From NCBI GenBank assembly GCA_017535665.1, contig JAFXTS010000015.1:9462-73461 (forward strand): a stretch of DNA of 64,000 nt. Reading direction: 5' to 3'. The notes below the pieces were generated by a model, which saw only the letters and a program-made list of their open reading frames with translations, searched no databases and had not been told where the DNA came from. How positions within the stretch are numbered: position 1 is the stretch's first letter; every line of letters starts with the position of its first letter. Origin of the DNA: Bacteroidales bacterium (GTDB taxonomy: Bacteria; Bacteroidota; Bacteroidia; Bacteroidales; WCHB1-69). Positions 9,923-26,847 of this stretch are shown piece after piece. A program made the translations under genes and the position numbers.

Positions 9923-11143
9923 ATGAAATACGAATTAGTTTGCCTAAAATGCGGAGAGAAGATTTCTTCCTTCAAAGAATGGTTTGACCATGACCAAGTT
10001 TGTCCGAAATGCGGAAGTAATTATGTAGAAGTTCATTACAACACAAATTACCATCAACTTTCGGAACTTTTTAAAGGACATCCTGCCAGTTTTTGGCATT
10101 ATTTCGACTTTTTACCCTTGGAAGACAAGGCCAACATCATCACCTGCAATGAAGGCGCCATTCCGATTGAGGAGTGGGACTTTTTGGAGAGATATGCCCA
10201 GGAAAAATACGGCATCAACTGCAAGGTGATGGTATATCGGAACGACCTAAACGGTGGCACCAACACCTTCAAGGATGTGGCCGCTGCGATGGGGGCTGCC
10301 ATCATGAAAGAAAATGGCATCAAGGAGTACTGCATCGCCTCGACGGGCAACACGGCGACCGCCTTCAGCAAATACCTGTCGTTGGCGGGCATCCGGCTGA
10401 ATGTTTTTGTGCCGAACTGCTTGTGCCACGACACGGTGGAGGAGATTCGTTCGTACGGCCAGAATCTCGTGGTTTCGGAAGGCGACTACGGGGCGGCCAA
10501 AAAAGAGGCGGCGGACTACAAGAAGGCGCACGGGCTGCTTATCTCGGGCGGCAACATCGACCCCATCCGGGTGGAGGCCAAGAAGACGATGGTGTTTGAG
10601 TTTCTGCGGCAGATGGGAAAGATGCCCGATGTGTACGTGCAGGCCGTGAGTGGCGGCACGGGCCCCATTGCCGTGGACAAGGGCGTGCGCGAAATCAAGG
10701 ATGCCTTCCCTGAGATCCAATTGCCGAGAATGATTTTGGTACAGCAGGATACCTGCGACCCGATGGTGCAGGGCTGGGAGAATGCCGAAAAAGCCGGATT
10801 CCCAGAAGGTTACGAAAAGAACTTCCCCTCCATCGCCAACCCGCAGACCAAGGTATCCATCCTTTCTACTGGCACGCCGGGCATGTTCCCCATTGTGGCT
10901 CCCATCGTGCGCAAGAGCGGAGGCGGTTTCGTGAGAGTGAAAGAGTCCGAGTTGGTGGATTATGCGAAGATTGCGAAACGCGAGCGCAACGTGATGCTGG
11001 GTCCGGCGGCGGCGGTGTGCTTTGCCGGCTTCTACCAGGCCTTGGCAGAGGGGAAAATCAAAGATGGCGAGACCGTGCTGATCAACACCGGCGAGGGTGC
11101 CGCCCGTGCGAAGGACTTCGCGGCAGCGGTGGAGAAGGCATAA
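9923..11143 (+). CDS. threonine-synthase-like PLP enzyme with N-terminal zinc ribbon (candidate cysteate synthase)
   Basis: CxxC...CxxC at residues 7/10 and 27/30. PLP-lysine context GGTNTFKDVAAA, plus STGNTATAF and a SGGTGP loop typical of fold-type II PLP enzymes. The specific activity is inference. Confidence 0.6.
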   Translation: MKYELVCLKCGEKISSFKEWFDHDQVCPKCGSNYVEVHYNTNYHQLSELFKGHPASFWHYFDFLPLEDKANIITCNEGAIPIEEWDFLERYAQEKYGINCKVMVYRNDLNGGTNTFKDVAAAMGAAIMKENGIKEYCIASTGNTATAFSKYLSLAGIRLNVFVPNCLCHDTVEEIRSYGQNLVVSEGDYGAAKKEAADYKKAHGLLISGGNIDPIRVEAKKTMVFEFLRQMGKMPDVYVQAVSGGTGPIAVDKGVREIKDAFPEIQLPRMILVQQDTCDPMVQGWENAEKAGFPEGYEKNFPSIANPQTKVSILSTGTPGMFPIVAPIVRKSGGGFVRVKESELVDYAKIAKRERNVMLGPAAAVCFAGFYQALAEGKIKDGETVLINTGEGAARAKDFAAAVEKA

Positions 11144-11202
11144 GAACAACAACATTTTAACGGCGGTGGTTATGTTCGATTCTTTTTCTGAAACCGACAA
11201 CC

Positions 11203-12189
11203 ATGACTTCCCTACAGAAAGCATACGAATTTATTAAAAGCTCTCCCAAGCTTTTACTCCTATGTGATTTGTATGTTCAAATCAGCCTTTTTTTGGTTGT
11301 GGGCTTGTTGGGACTTGGTCTTTTGGGTTTTGTTTTTGATGGAAATATTGTGGGCATGCTGCTTGCTGTGTGCATAACCAGCATCTTTGCATTCCAATTC
11401 TATTTCCTCTACAAAAAGAAGGAAATTCTATTTACCACGAGTAGCCTTATCATTCTTGTAATTTATTTTTTGGGAACTATTGGGGGAATTGGGGGAATTG
11501 TTTGGGCTATATCAGACGGTGGATTAAGTGAATTACTTTACTTCCTCACACCTATTGTTTTTTGTATCACCGTAGCCGCGTGCAACAGCTTTTTCTGGTA
11601 TTACCGACGAAATGACAAGGAGACCCATGACGGGTTCAGAATATTTGTCATGTTGGAACTCGGATTTCTTCTTTTCCTGCTGATTTCATATTTCTTTTGT
11701 TTTTTTGCGAATGGGACTGTGGTATTTCTTGTTGTTTTTGAACTCTGTACGCTGTTGTACATTGTCGCTCACAAGATGTTTCCTCCTTTGAAAAAGCTTA
11801 CGGAGCTGTACTGCAAGGCTGTTTCAGCACAACAAGGTATAATCGGCAACGAAACGCAAAATTCCCCCATCTCTACCGAAAGAAAATCGGATTTTATGTG
11901 CTATTATTTCGTGGGATTCTTTGCCCTATACTCACTTACAGCCCTTGCTTTTTGGATGGAAACGTTGCGAAAAATCAACAACCATCTTTATATGTCCGAT
12001 CCACCGATGCCCTTCATGAACGGATTTCTTCCTGTTTCTATCGCCATGCTTCTCTTTTGTATAGCATGGGGGGTGTTTCTTCTTGCCAACCCCAAAGGAT
12101 TGGGCTCCAAGATTTGCACAGTCGCAGCCGCAATAGCCAGCATTCCCTGCATCGTCTTCTTCTTTTTCAAATTTTTTCTGCCTTGGTAA
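11203..12189 (+). CDS. polytopic integral membrane protein, unknown family
   Basis: 328 aa with about 8 or more hydrophobic helices (for example LFLVVGLLGLGLLGFVF, LFLLISYFFCFFANGTVVFLVVF). Codon use is visibly more A/T-rich than in the flanking genes. Confidence 0.6.
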   Translation: MTSLQKAYEFIKSSPKLLLLCDLYVQISLFLVVGLLGLGLLGFVFDGNIVGMLLAVCITSIFAFQFYFLYKKKEILFTTSSLIILVIYFLGTIGGIGGIVWAISDGGLSELLYFLTPIVFCITVAACNSFFWYYRRNDKETHDGFRIFVMLELGFLLFLLISYFFCFFANGTVVFLVVFELCTLLYIVAHKMFPPLKKLTELYCKAVSAQQGIIGNETQNSPISTERKSDFMCYYFVGFFALYSLTALAFWMETLRKINNHLYMSDPPMPFMNGFLPVSIAMLLFCIAWGVFLLANPKGLGSKICTVAAAIASIPCIVFFFFKFFLPW

Positions 12190-12268
12190 AATCAGCAAAA
12201 AGCTGTATCTTTGCGACGAAAATCATCCCCAACAATTAGCAATATCATTAAAATTCTTCTATAAACTT

Positions 12269-12898
12269 ATGTTGCATTCAACGAAAATAATCTCCGCTTC
12301 GCTTACTGTTGCATATCTCGCCCTTATGGTCTCTTGTGGGGAAAAACCTCAAAATGAAGACCACTATTTCCAATACATTGCAAAAGAATCTGACAGCATC
12401 GTTCCCTTTTCCTTTCAAGGAGACATCCAATGCCTGAAAGCAAATATTTTTATTTCTGACGAGAACCTGTACATCGGTCTTCCCTATTATATTGACACTT
12501 TACAAGACGAGAACCAGATTGTTCAGAAAAAAGTCGGCACTATACTTTTCAATCCTGTAGATTACGGCATCAACATTGACACTGCCTCCTATCAATTTAT
12601 AGTAAAGGATATGATTGCTAAGGATGAGAACCACGTATATGCCTATCCTAAAGGATTGTTTAAATTGCCTTTTATCCAAGTACTAGACCTCAACCCTGCT
12701 CACACTATTGTCCTTGACCATGAAGCGACCTATCTGCGAGATGACAGCCTCGTATATTGCTTTCCCACCAACACCTATCTGGACGTTAAAGCAAAAGATT
12801 TTGAAGTAATATATATCCAACACGTACCATTTGGAAAATATCACAGTATACTATACTATTGGGACGAACCACAAGAATTACCCACGACATCAGAATGA
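12269..12898 (+). CDS. hypothetical lipoprotein (possibly DKNYY-repeat-like)
   Basis: Lipobox LALMVSCG. Repeated motifs of the type DENHVYAYPKG and DDSLVYCF recall the DKNYY family; that family call is low confidence. Confidence 0.5.
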   Translation: MLHSTKIISASLTVAYLALMVSCGEKPQNEDHYFQYIAKESDSIVPFSFQGDIQCLKANIFISDENLYIGLPYYIDTLQDENQIVQKKVGTILFNPVDYGINIDTASYQFIVKDMIAKDENHVYAYPKGLFKLPFIQVLDLNPAHTIVLDHEATYLRDDSLVYCFPTNTYLDVKAKDFEVIYIQHVPFGKYHSILYYWDEPQELPTTSE

Positions 12899-13719
12899 AA
12901 CCGCTAACATTCCCATTGTTATTCCTCGCTCTCCTGCTGTGCGCCGCCTGCACGGATTCAAATACCTCGTCACAACTGACGGAAGCATTACAAACGCCTA
13001 CACAAGAGTATATCTTCGAGGGAACAGAACCCTTCTGGCAAATGGAAATCCATAATGACTCCATCCTTCTTTTTTGCGACAACAAGGAGGTGCAAATGCG
13101 TGCTACGTTTGTTGAAAAAAGCGTAAATGGCAACACCATCGGCTTTTCCAATGACGAAATCTATGGCATTATCAACGAGAACTGGGAACACAACTGCTGC
13201 TATTCCATCACTGAAAAAGATTCCTTACCCTACGAGATTTTCTTTGTTTTTGAAGGGAAAACCTACAGAGGGTGCGGAGAGAAACGACATTCCTCTCTAC
13301 ATTTTTCCGACGGAGAATTGGCCACAATCATTAATAAATATCTGAATTACAATAATATTGACTCTATCAACGTCTCCCAAAAATCGTTTGATGCCACCTA
13401 TCACCACTGCGGCAAAGGGCATTTTGATTTTCATAAACAGGATTTGAAATTCATCAAGGACAAAACGTTGCGGGAAGAGATTGCCTACTACTATGTCATT
13501 CGGAATGGTGAGGAAAATCTGTGCGAAGAGCCCACCGCTGTCCTGCTATCGCAGGGAGGAGAGGAGTTCTATCTCAACACATTGAAAGGGGTGGAAAACG
13601 CCTGTGGTTTTCCTGAAAACACGCCTGTCACCTGCCAGGCCTACTGGCTGAAAATTCACACCCCCAACGGCGTTTTCGATGAGGTGGTGATTTACGATAT
13701 GAAAAACACCGTGAAATAA
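12895..13719 (+). CDS. hypothetical lipoprotein with a COG3650-like N-domain
   Basis: ATGA overlap with the upstream stop. Signal/lipobox MKPLTFPLLFLALLLCAAC. GTEPFWQMEI ... YRGCGE resembles the (G/N)EPFW...GCG pattern of COG3650-type domains; I am relying on recall, so confidence in that is low. The track start at 12859 was trimmed. Confidence 0.5.
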   Translation: MKPLTFPLLFLALLLCAACTDSNTSSQLTEALQTPTQEYIFEGTEPFWQMEIHNDSILLFCDNKEVQMRATFVEKSVNGNTIGFSNDEIYGIINENWEHNCCYSITEKDSLPYEIFFVFEGKTYRGCGEKRHSSLHFSDGELATIINKYLNYNNIDSINVSQKSFDATYHHCGKGHFDFHKQDLKFIKDKTLREEIAYYYVIRNGEENLCEEPTAVLLSQGGEEFYLNTLKGVENACGFPENTPVTCQAYWLKIHTPNGVFDEVVIYDMKNTVK

Positions 13720-13849
13720 CGGACACACGCGGTGCGTCCCGAATGAAACAACCGATTGGCCACCCTTCTATGACGGCCCTACATGCACTTCCTTAACTCA
13801 CTAACCTTTCAATTTTCATTTTTCAACTTTCAGTTTAACGAACTTGTTG

Positions 13850-13857
13850 TATCTTTG
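13850..13857 (+). promoter_or_regulatory. -7 promoter motif TATCTTTG
   Basis: Matches TAnnTTTG, 29 nt upstream of ATG 13886. Confidence 0.45.
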
Positions 13858-13885
13858 CGGGCTGAATACCAACCAATTTTTGCGT

Positions 13886-16219
13886 ATGAAACCCCTAACA
13901 TTCATATTATTGTTCCTCGCCTTGCTGTTGCCTACCACCGCTGACGCACAGCAACGCGACCGATTGGCGGAACTTAACGTGGCGTGCCTCAACGAGTTTG
14001 TGACCTACACCTCAGTGGCTCCCGATGGCTCATTGTGGATGGCAACTGATTGTGGAGAAATCTTCCGCGCCGACGACATCCACTCGCCATGGATTACCCT
14101 GAAAAAGGAATCCCATGGAAGAGACGAGATAGACGAGACTTTTGAGAATATCGTGGCCTTTGACCGCAATACTGCCATCATCGTGGGCAATATGTGGGGC
14201 GACTATTTCAAACGCACCACCAATCGAGGCAAAACGTGGAGCAAAGTCAAATATGATAGTAAACGTTGGGAGTGGTTCCACCCCGTATGGCGTGGCCAGA
14301 ATGGCGAAATGTGGACCGGCTCCCAGAAAGGCTATCTGACCTTCAGCAATGACTACGGACGCACCTTCCACACGCTGCAAAACGATGCCTTTGACGACCA
14401 GACAGACATCCGAGAAATCTACATGCTCTCGTCTGACAGCGGCTGGATCGCCGCTGGTGCCGATAAACTCTACAGCACCTCCAACAACTGGCACACCGTT
14501 CACCGTTGGTCCACCCCCAACCATAAAGGCGTGAGCCGCGTGCGCCCATGGAAAAACTACCTGCTGGTAACCCAATCGCAAAAGAGTTATTACACCATGC
14601 TGGATGGAAATGGCCAATGGCAACGCACCCCGCTGGCACTATCCGACTTTGAGGTGGATACCCTCACAGGGAAACTGTGGGCCATCGATGACGATGGGGA
14701 AATCCTCCTGATGGAGGATATCGACCAGTGGAAACCAATGGGGAAAACGGCAATGTTCATCATCGGCATACACGACGGTTTTCTCTATTGCAGAGTTGAC
14801 GGAGGAGTAATGCGCGTGAATGCCGACGGAGTGGTGGACCACTGTCCGCTTCTCACGGCCGAGAGCCATCTCAAAAAGCCAAAGAATATCCTCTCCCACG
14901 GAAATTATCGCTGGGGGTACGACGAGAACTCTGTCTATCTCCACGATGCCAAAAGGTGGTACCGCGTGGCACGTCCGCTCAACATCGCCAGCATGACCCC
15001 CGACCCCGACCGTAAAGATCGTGTCATCATCTTGAACCAATGGGGCGAGAATTTAAGTATCGACATCGACGGCAGGACGGAACCCTACACCTATTCTCAG
15101 CCACTGGCGGCTTTCGTTAAGCCGGGTCTGAAAAGTTTGGAAATCACAACCTACAGCACATTGGGGTGGAACATCCATCAAGAGACCATCAGCTTTCTCC
15201 GCAGTGGTGATTCTCTGATAGAAAATGCCCGCACAGAAACCAGGGCAAGTTACGACCCTCGTATTGGCACAAGCACCTCCCCAATGGCTGCCAATGACGC
15301 CCCCCGCCATCTGCTGACAGCATCCTTAGAGAAAGCTCTGCTGGCTCTCGGCGAACGCTACTCCGTTTTCCCTACCCCGCAGGATTTCGGCCTGGAAGAC
15401 ACCTTGCTGGACCTGAACGAGGTTTATGCCGAAAGGGAAGAATACAGCACCAACAAATACGGCTACGCCATTACCTTCATCAACCAAGCCGGTGAAACAC
15501 TGACCGTTGAAGGCCAGACCTCCGCCCACGTTGACCTTGGCGGAAGCACACACTATCCATGGCTTCTGCCGATGGTGGCACGGTGGCGCGAAGCGGAGTT
15601 TATGACCTACCAGCCCGTTCTGTGGCAAGCCCTGCGAGAGGCAATGCCCGACAGTATGCAACTGCGCGAATACCTCGACAACAGCACCTTACATCCGAGG
15701 CATACGCTTCAAAGCGGTGACCTGATATTTTGTAAAGGGTGGTCTGAGATGGATAAGGCCATTACCGCCAGTACAGGAGAATACACACACGTAGCGTTAG
15801 TGGAACGCGACAGCGCGGATAACGTGTGGATCATAGAGGCCTTACCAGAGAAAGGTGTGCTGCGGAGATCTTTTGGAGAGTTTGAAAGAAGGTTCTCCAT
15901 GTTAAGTACCTTTGACGTATATCGCCTTACCCAACCCTTTGACACCTCCGCCGTTATCGCCCGTGCCAATAGTCTTGTCGGAAAACCATACGACGAGGCC
16001 TTCCTGCCCGACAACGACGCCTACTACTGTTCGGAACTTATTGAGGTGGTCTTCGGCGGCCTTTTCCCGTCGAAACCGATGAACTGGCGCGATGCTAAAG
16101 GCAACCTGCCCGCGTATTGGAAAAAGCATTTTGAAAAGCTCGGCGTGCCCGTACCCGAAGGGGTCCCCGGCACCAATCCCACCGACCTGAGCCGCACCCC
16201 GATACTGAAAAAGTTGTAG
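13886..16219 (+). CDS. secreted multidomain protein: BNR/Asp-box beta-propeller-like N-region plus C-terminal permuted papain-like (YiiX/peptidase C92) domain
   Basis: Signal peptide MKPLTFILLFLALLLPTTADA. Asp-boxes TNRGKTWS and SNDYGRTF. The C-terminus GDLIFCKG...EYTHVALV...GKPYDEAF...YYCSELI matches the His-before-Cys YiiX family pattern. The start was trimmed to the ATG after the TAnnTTTG motif at 13850-13857. Confidence 0.65.
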   Translation: MKPLTFILLFLALLLPTTADAQQRDRLAELNVACLNEFVTYTSVAPDGSLWMATDCGEIFRADDIHSPWITLKKESHGRDEIDETFENIVAFDRNTAIIVGNMWGDYFKRTTNRGKTWSKVKYDSKRWEWFHPVWRGQNGEMWTGSQKGYLTFSNDYGRTFHTLQNDAFDDQTDIREIYMLSSDSGWIAAGADKLYSTSNNWHTVHRWSTPNHKGVSRVRPWKNYLLVTQSQKSYYTMLDGNGQWQRTPLALSDFEVDTLTGKLWAIDDDGEILLMEDIDQWKPMGKTAMFIIGIHDGFLYCRVDGGVMRVNADGVVDHCPLLTAESHLKKPKNILSHGNYRWGYDENSVYLHDAKRWYRVARPLNIASMTPDPDRKDRVIILNQWGENLSIDIDGRTEPYTYSQPLAAFVKPGLKSLEITTYSTLGWNIHQETISFLRSGDSLIENARTETRASYDPRIGTSTSPMAANDAPRHLLTASLEKALLALGERYSVFPTPQDFGLEDTLLDLNEVYAEREEYSTNKYGYAITFINQAGETLTVEGQTSAHVDLGGSTHYPWLLPMVARWREAEFMTYQPVLWQALREAMPDSMQLREYLDNSTLHPRHTLQSGDLIFCKGWSEMDKAITASTGEYTHVALVERDSADNVWIIEALPEKGVLRRSFGEFERRFSMLSTFDVYRLTQPFDTSAVIARANSLVGKPYDEAFLPDNDAYYCSELIEVVFGGLFPSKPMNWRDAKGNLPAYWKKHFEKLGVPVPEGVPGTNPTDLSRTPILKKL

Positions 16220-16370
16220 CGGGAGAGGGTAAGATTTTTACGACATCTTATATACTATTTCTTCCATTCTCAGCGTTTTATTTCTCGGATTTTGTGCAAC
16301 GGACTCCACAAAGTCTATGTCAGGTGCGTGTCATGCCATGATGAAAAACAGATGTCCATTGAAAAAAATC

Positions 16371-17726
16371 ATGTCTAAAAGGTCCAATCTTTTCCTGTTT
16401 TTGAAGGCCCTCATCATTTTGGGGCTGATTCTTATTCTTTTAATTCCGGCCATGCTGATCAGTAATTTGATTGACGAAAGAGAGTCATTGAGAAGCGAAG
16501 CCGTAGTAGAAGTTTCTGGAAAATGGGGCCACGACCAAAACCTGGTCGGTCCCTACCTCTCCATCCCCTATTACAATGAAAACGGGAAAGCCTCTGAGAA
16601 ATGTTTCTTGCAGGTGATGCCTGAAAACTTGAAGATTGCAGGCGATGTGACCACAGAAACCTTACATAGAGGTATTTACGATGTAGTGGTGTACCACTCG
16701 AACCTGAAAATCACGGGCAATTTTAGCAAAAAAGATTTCAAAGATATTCCCCTGGAAGAGCTCTGCCTCGAACGCGCCATTTTATCAATGGGTATCACCG
16801 ACTTACGAGGAATAGAAAACCAATTAGACATTCTACTTGGCGACCAAAACTATCGTTTTGAGGCCGGACTTTATAATCAAGACGTGGTCTCTGGTGACGG
16901 GGTACATGCCATCGTAAATCTTGAAGATGCAAGTTCAACAGATGATTCTCTTTTGAACAACATTCCATTCTCCATGTCGCTTTCGCTGAAAGGTTCCGAG
17001 CAACTGATGATTTCGCCTATCGGCGGTAATACTGATGTGAAGCTCCACTCCAACTGGAACAATCCGAGTTTCACGGGTGATTTTCTCACTTCTGACAAGG
17101 AAATCCGTAAAGACGGCTTTGATGCACATTGGAAAATGATGCACCTCAACCGCGATTTCCCGCAATCATGGACTACTCGTGATCATGAAAAGAATTTTTT
17201 TCCCCAACACACCACCTTTGGTGTCACTTTCCTATTGCCGGTAGATGGCTACCAGAAGGCCACCCGCTGCGTGAAATACTCGATCCTCTTCACTACCATC
17301 ACCTTCCTGGTCTTCTTCTTTGTGGAGATTTTGCGCAAAAAACGTGTCCATCCGCTACAATACCTATTGGTGGGCGTTGCGCTGATTGTGTTCTACACGT
17401 TACTGGTTTCCCTCTCCGAGTATTTGGCCTTCAATTTAGCCTATATTCTTGCCGCTTTGGCCACCATCATCCTCATCACCTTATACTCTAAGGCCGTGCT
17501 GAAATCATGGGCACAAGGCGGTTTTGTGGGCGGTGTGCTGGTGGTGCTTTACGGTTATCTTTTTACCATCATCCAGCTGCAGGATTACGCCCTGTTGGCA
17601 GGCAGTATCTTTATCTTCATCATCCTCGGTGTGGTGATGTTCTTCTCACGAAAGGTGGATTGGTACAATTTGAACGGAGGCGGCAAAGATGAGGCTAACA
17701 CCCCGCCGCCACCGGAAATACAATAA
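16371..17726 (+). CDS. creD: cell envelope integrity protein CreD
   Basis: N-terminal anchor, then LISNLIDERESLRSEAVVEVSGKWGHDQNLVGPYLSIPY, and a C-terminal bundle of 5-6 TM helices. This is typical CreD architecture. The start was trimmed to MSKRSN. Confidence 0.8.
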   Translation: MSKRSNLFLFLKALIILGLILILLIPAMLISNLIDERESLRSEAVVEVSGKWGHDQNLVGPYLSIPYYNENGKASEKCFLQVMPENLKIAGDVTTETLHRGIYDVVVYHSNLKITGNFSKKDFKDIPLEELCLERAILSMGITDLRGIENQLDILLGDQNYRFEAGLYNQDVVSGDGVHAIVNLEDASSTDDSLLNNIPFSMSLSLKGSEQLMISPIGGNTDVKLHSNWNNPSFTGDFLTSDKEIRKDGFDAHWKMMHLNRDFPQSWTTRDHEKNFFPQHTTFGVTFLLPVDGYQKATRCVKYSILFTTITFLVFFFVEILRKKRVHPLQYLLVGVALIVFYTLLVSLSEYLAFNLAYILAALATIILITLYSKAVLKSWAQGGFVGGVLVVLYGYLFTIIQLQDYALLAGSIFIFIILGVVMFFSRKVDWYNLNGGGKDEANTPPPPEIQ

Positions 17727-17735
17727 CTATTGTAA

Positions 17736-17770
17736 ACAAAAAAAGCCGCAGGAATCTGCGGCTTTTTTTT
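17736..17770. terminator. bidirectional rho-independent terminator
   Basis: AGCCGCAG-gaat-CTGCGGCT hairpin (17744-17763) flanked by an A-run and a T-run. It lies between the convergent creD and DUF3467 genes. Confidence 0.8.
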
Positions 17771-17786
17771 GTTCGTAATCTGCTTT

Positions 17787-18083
17787 TTACGCCAGTCCGC
17801 CGTCACCGCCCATCATGGGAATCACGCCCTGCTGGCGCTCGTCGATACGGCCGTTCTTCTCCTCGAATTTGCGGATGTTGTCGCCCAGCGCTGCAAGAAG
17901 ACGCTTGGTGTTCTGGGGCGTCATGATGATGCGCGACGTCACATTCCCCTTGGGCATACCGGGCATCATAGCCACGAAATCAAGGATGAACTCGTTATCG
18001 GAATGGGTGATAATGGTCAGATTGGAATAGGTTCCTTTGGCTACCTCTTCGCTGAGGTTGATGTCGATTTTTTGCTCTTGCAT
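17787..18083 (-). CDS. DUF3467 domain protein
   Basis: 98 aa. IDINLSEEVAKGTYSNLTIITHSDNEFILDFV...PKGNVTSRIIMTPQNTKRLLAAL matches DUF3467, which typically follows rpoC in Bacteroidota. Confidence 0.75.
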   Translation of the reverse strand: MQEQKIDINLSEEVAKGTYSNLTIITHSDNEFILDFVAMMPGMPKGNVTSRIIMTPQNTKRLLAALGDNIRKFEEKNGRIDERQQGVIPMMGGDGGLA

Positions 18084-18103
18084 ACTATTGGTTTTTCTTT
18101 TAA

Positions 18104-18136
18104 AACAAAAAAAGGGGTCAGTTGTTCACTGACCCC
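18104..18136 (-). terminator. rho-independent terminator after rpoC
   Basis: On the minus strand: GGGGTCAG-tgaacaa-CTGACCCC followed by TTTTTTTGTTTT, 9 nt after the rpoC stop. Confidence 0.8.
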
Positions 18137-18144
18137 TTTGGAAT

Positions 18145-22431
<4,287 letters not shown>

Positions 22432-22455
22432 TTTCTATATAGATTATGTTTTTTA

Positions 22456-26259
<3,804 letters not shown>

Positions 26260-26366
26260 TGTTGATTTACTTTTTAGGTTGGTGAAAAAAAGTGAATTGG
26301 GTCGGTATTATCGGCAAGTTACCGGAGCGCAGGGTTGTGTACCGTCAGGCACACAAAAAATACAAT

Positions 26367-26403
26367 AAGTACAAGCCCCCACTTCGGCGGGAGGCTTGTA
26401 CTT
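26367..26403 (-). terminator. rplL-rpoB intergenic hairpin (attenuator/partial terminator)
   Basis: On the minus strand: AAGTACAAGCCTCCCGCCGAAGTGGGGGCTTGTACTT followed by ATTGTATTTTTTG. A second 9-bp hairpin (TTGTGTGCC-tgac-GGTACACAA) lies just downstream in the rpoB leader. Confidence 0.7.
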
Positions 26404-26424
26404 GATTGTTGGAGGTAAAACGAA

Positions 26425-26802
26425 TTATTTCAATTCGATCACTGCGCCGACTTCTTCCAAAGCCTTCTTGAGGCCTTCGGCTTCGTCTTTGGAGATACCT
26501 TCCTTGACAGCCTTCGGAGCGCCGTCCACCAATTCCTTGGCTTCTTTCAGTCCGAGACCAGTGAGTTCCTTCACAGCTTTCACAACGGCGAGCTTCTGGG
26601 CACCAGCTTCTTTGAGGATAACGTCGAATTCGGTCTTTTCCTCTTCAGCGGCGGCGGCACCAGCAGCGGGACCAGCGGCAACTGCAACTGCGGCTGCGGC
26701 GGGCTCGATACCGTACTCGTCTTTCAAAATCTGAGCTAACTCGTTAACTTCTTTAACGGTCAAATTAACTAATTGTTCTGCAAATGCTTTCAAATCTGCC
26801 AT
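26425..26802 (-). CDS. rplL: 50S ribosomal protein L7/L12
   Basis: 125 aa. Ala-rich hinge [21 protein letters not shown] and C-terminal [16 protein letters not shown]. Confidence 0.98.
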   Translation of the reverse strand: MADLKAFAEQLVNLTVKEVNELAQILKDEYGIEPAAAAVAVAAGPAAGAAAAEEEKTEFDVILKEAGAQKLAVVKAVKELTGLGLKEAKELVDGAPKAVKEGISKDEAEGLKKALEEVGAVIELK

Positions 26803-26847
26803 GATTTCTATTTTTTTAAATGGTTTCTAATTTTGTTGATTTTTTAA

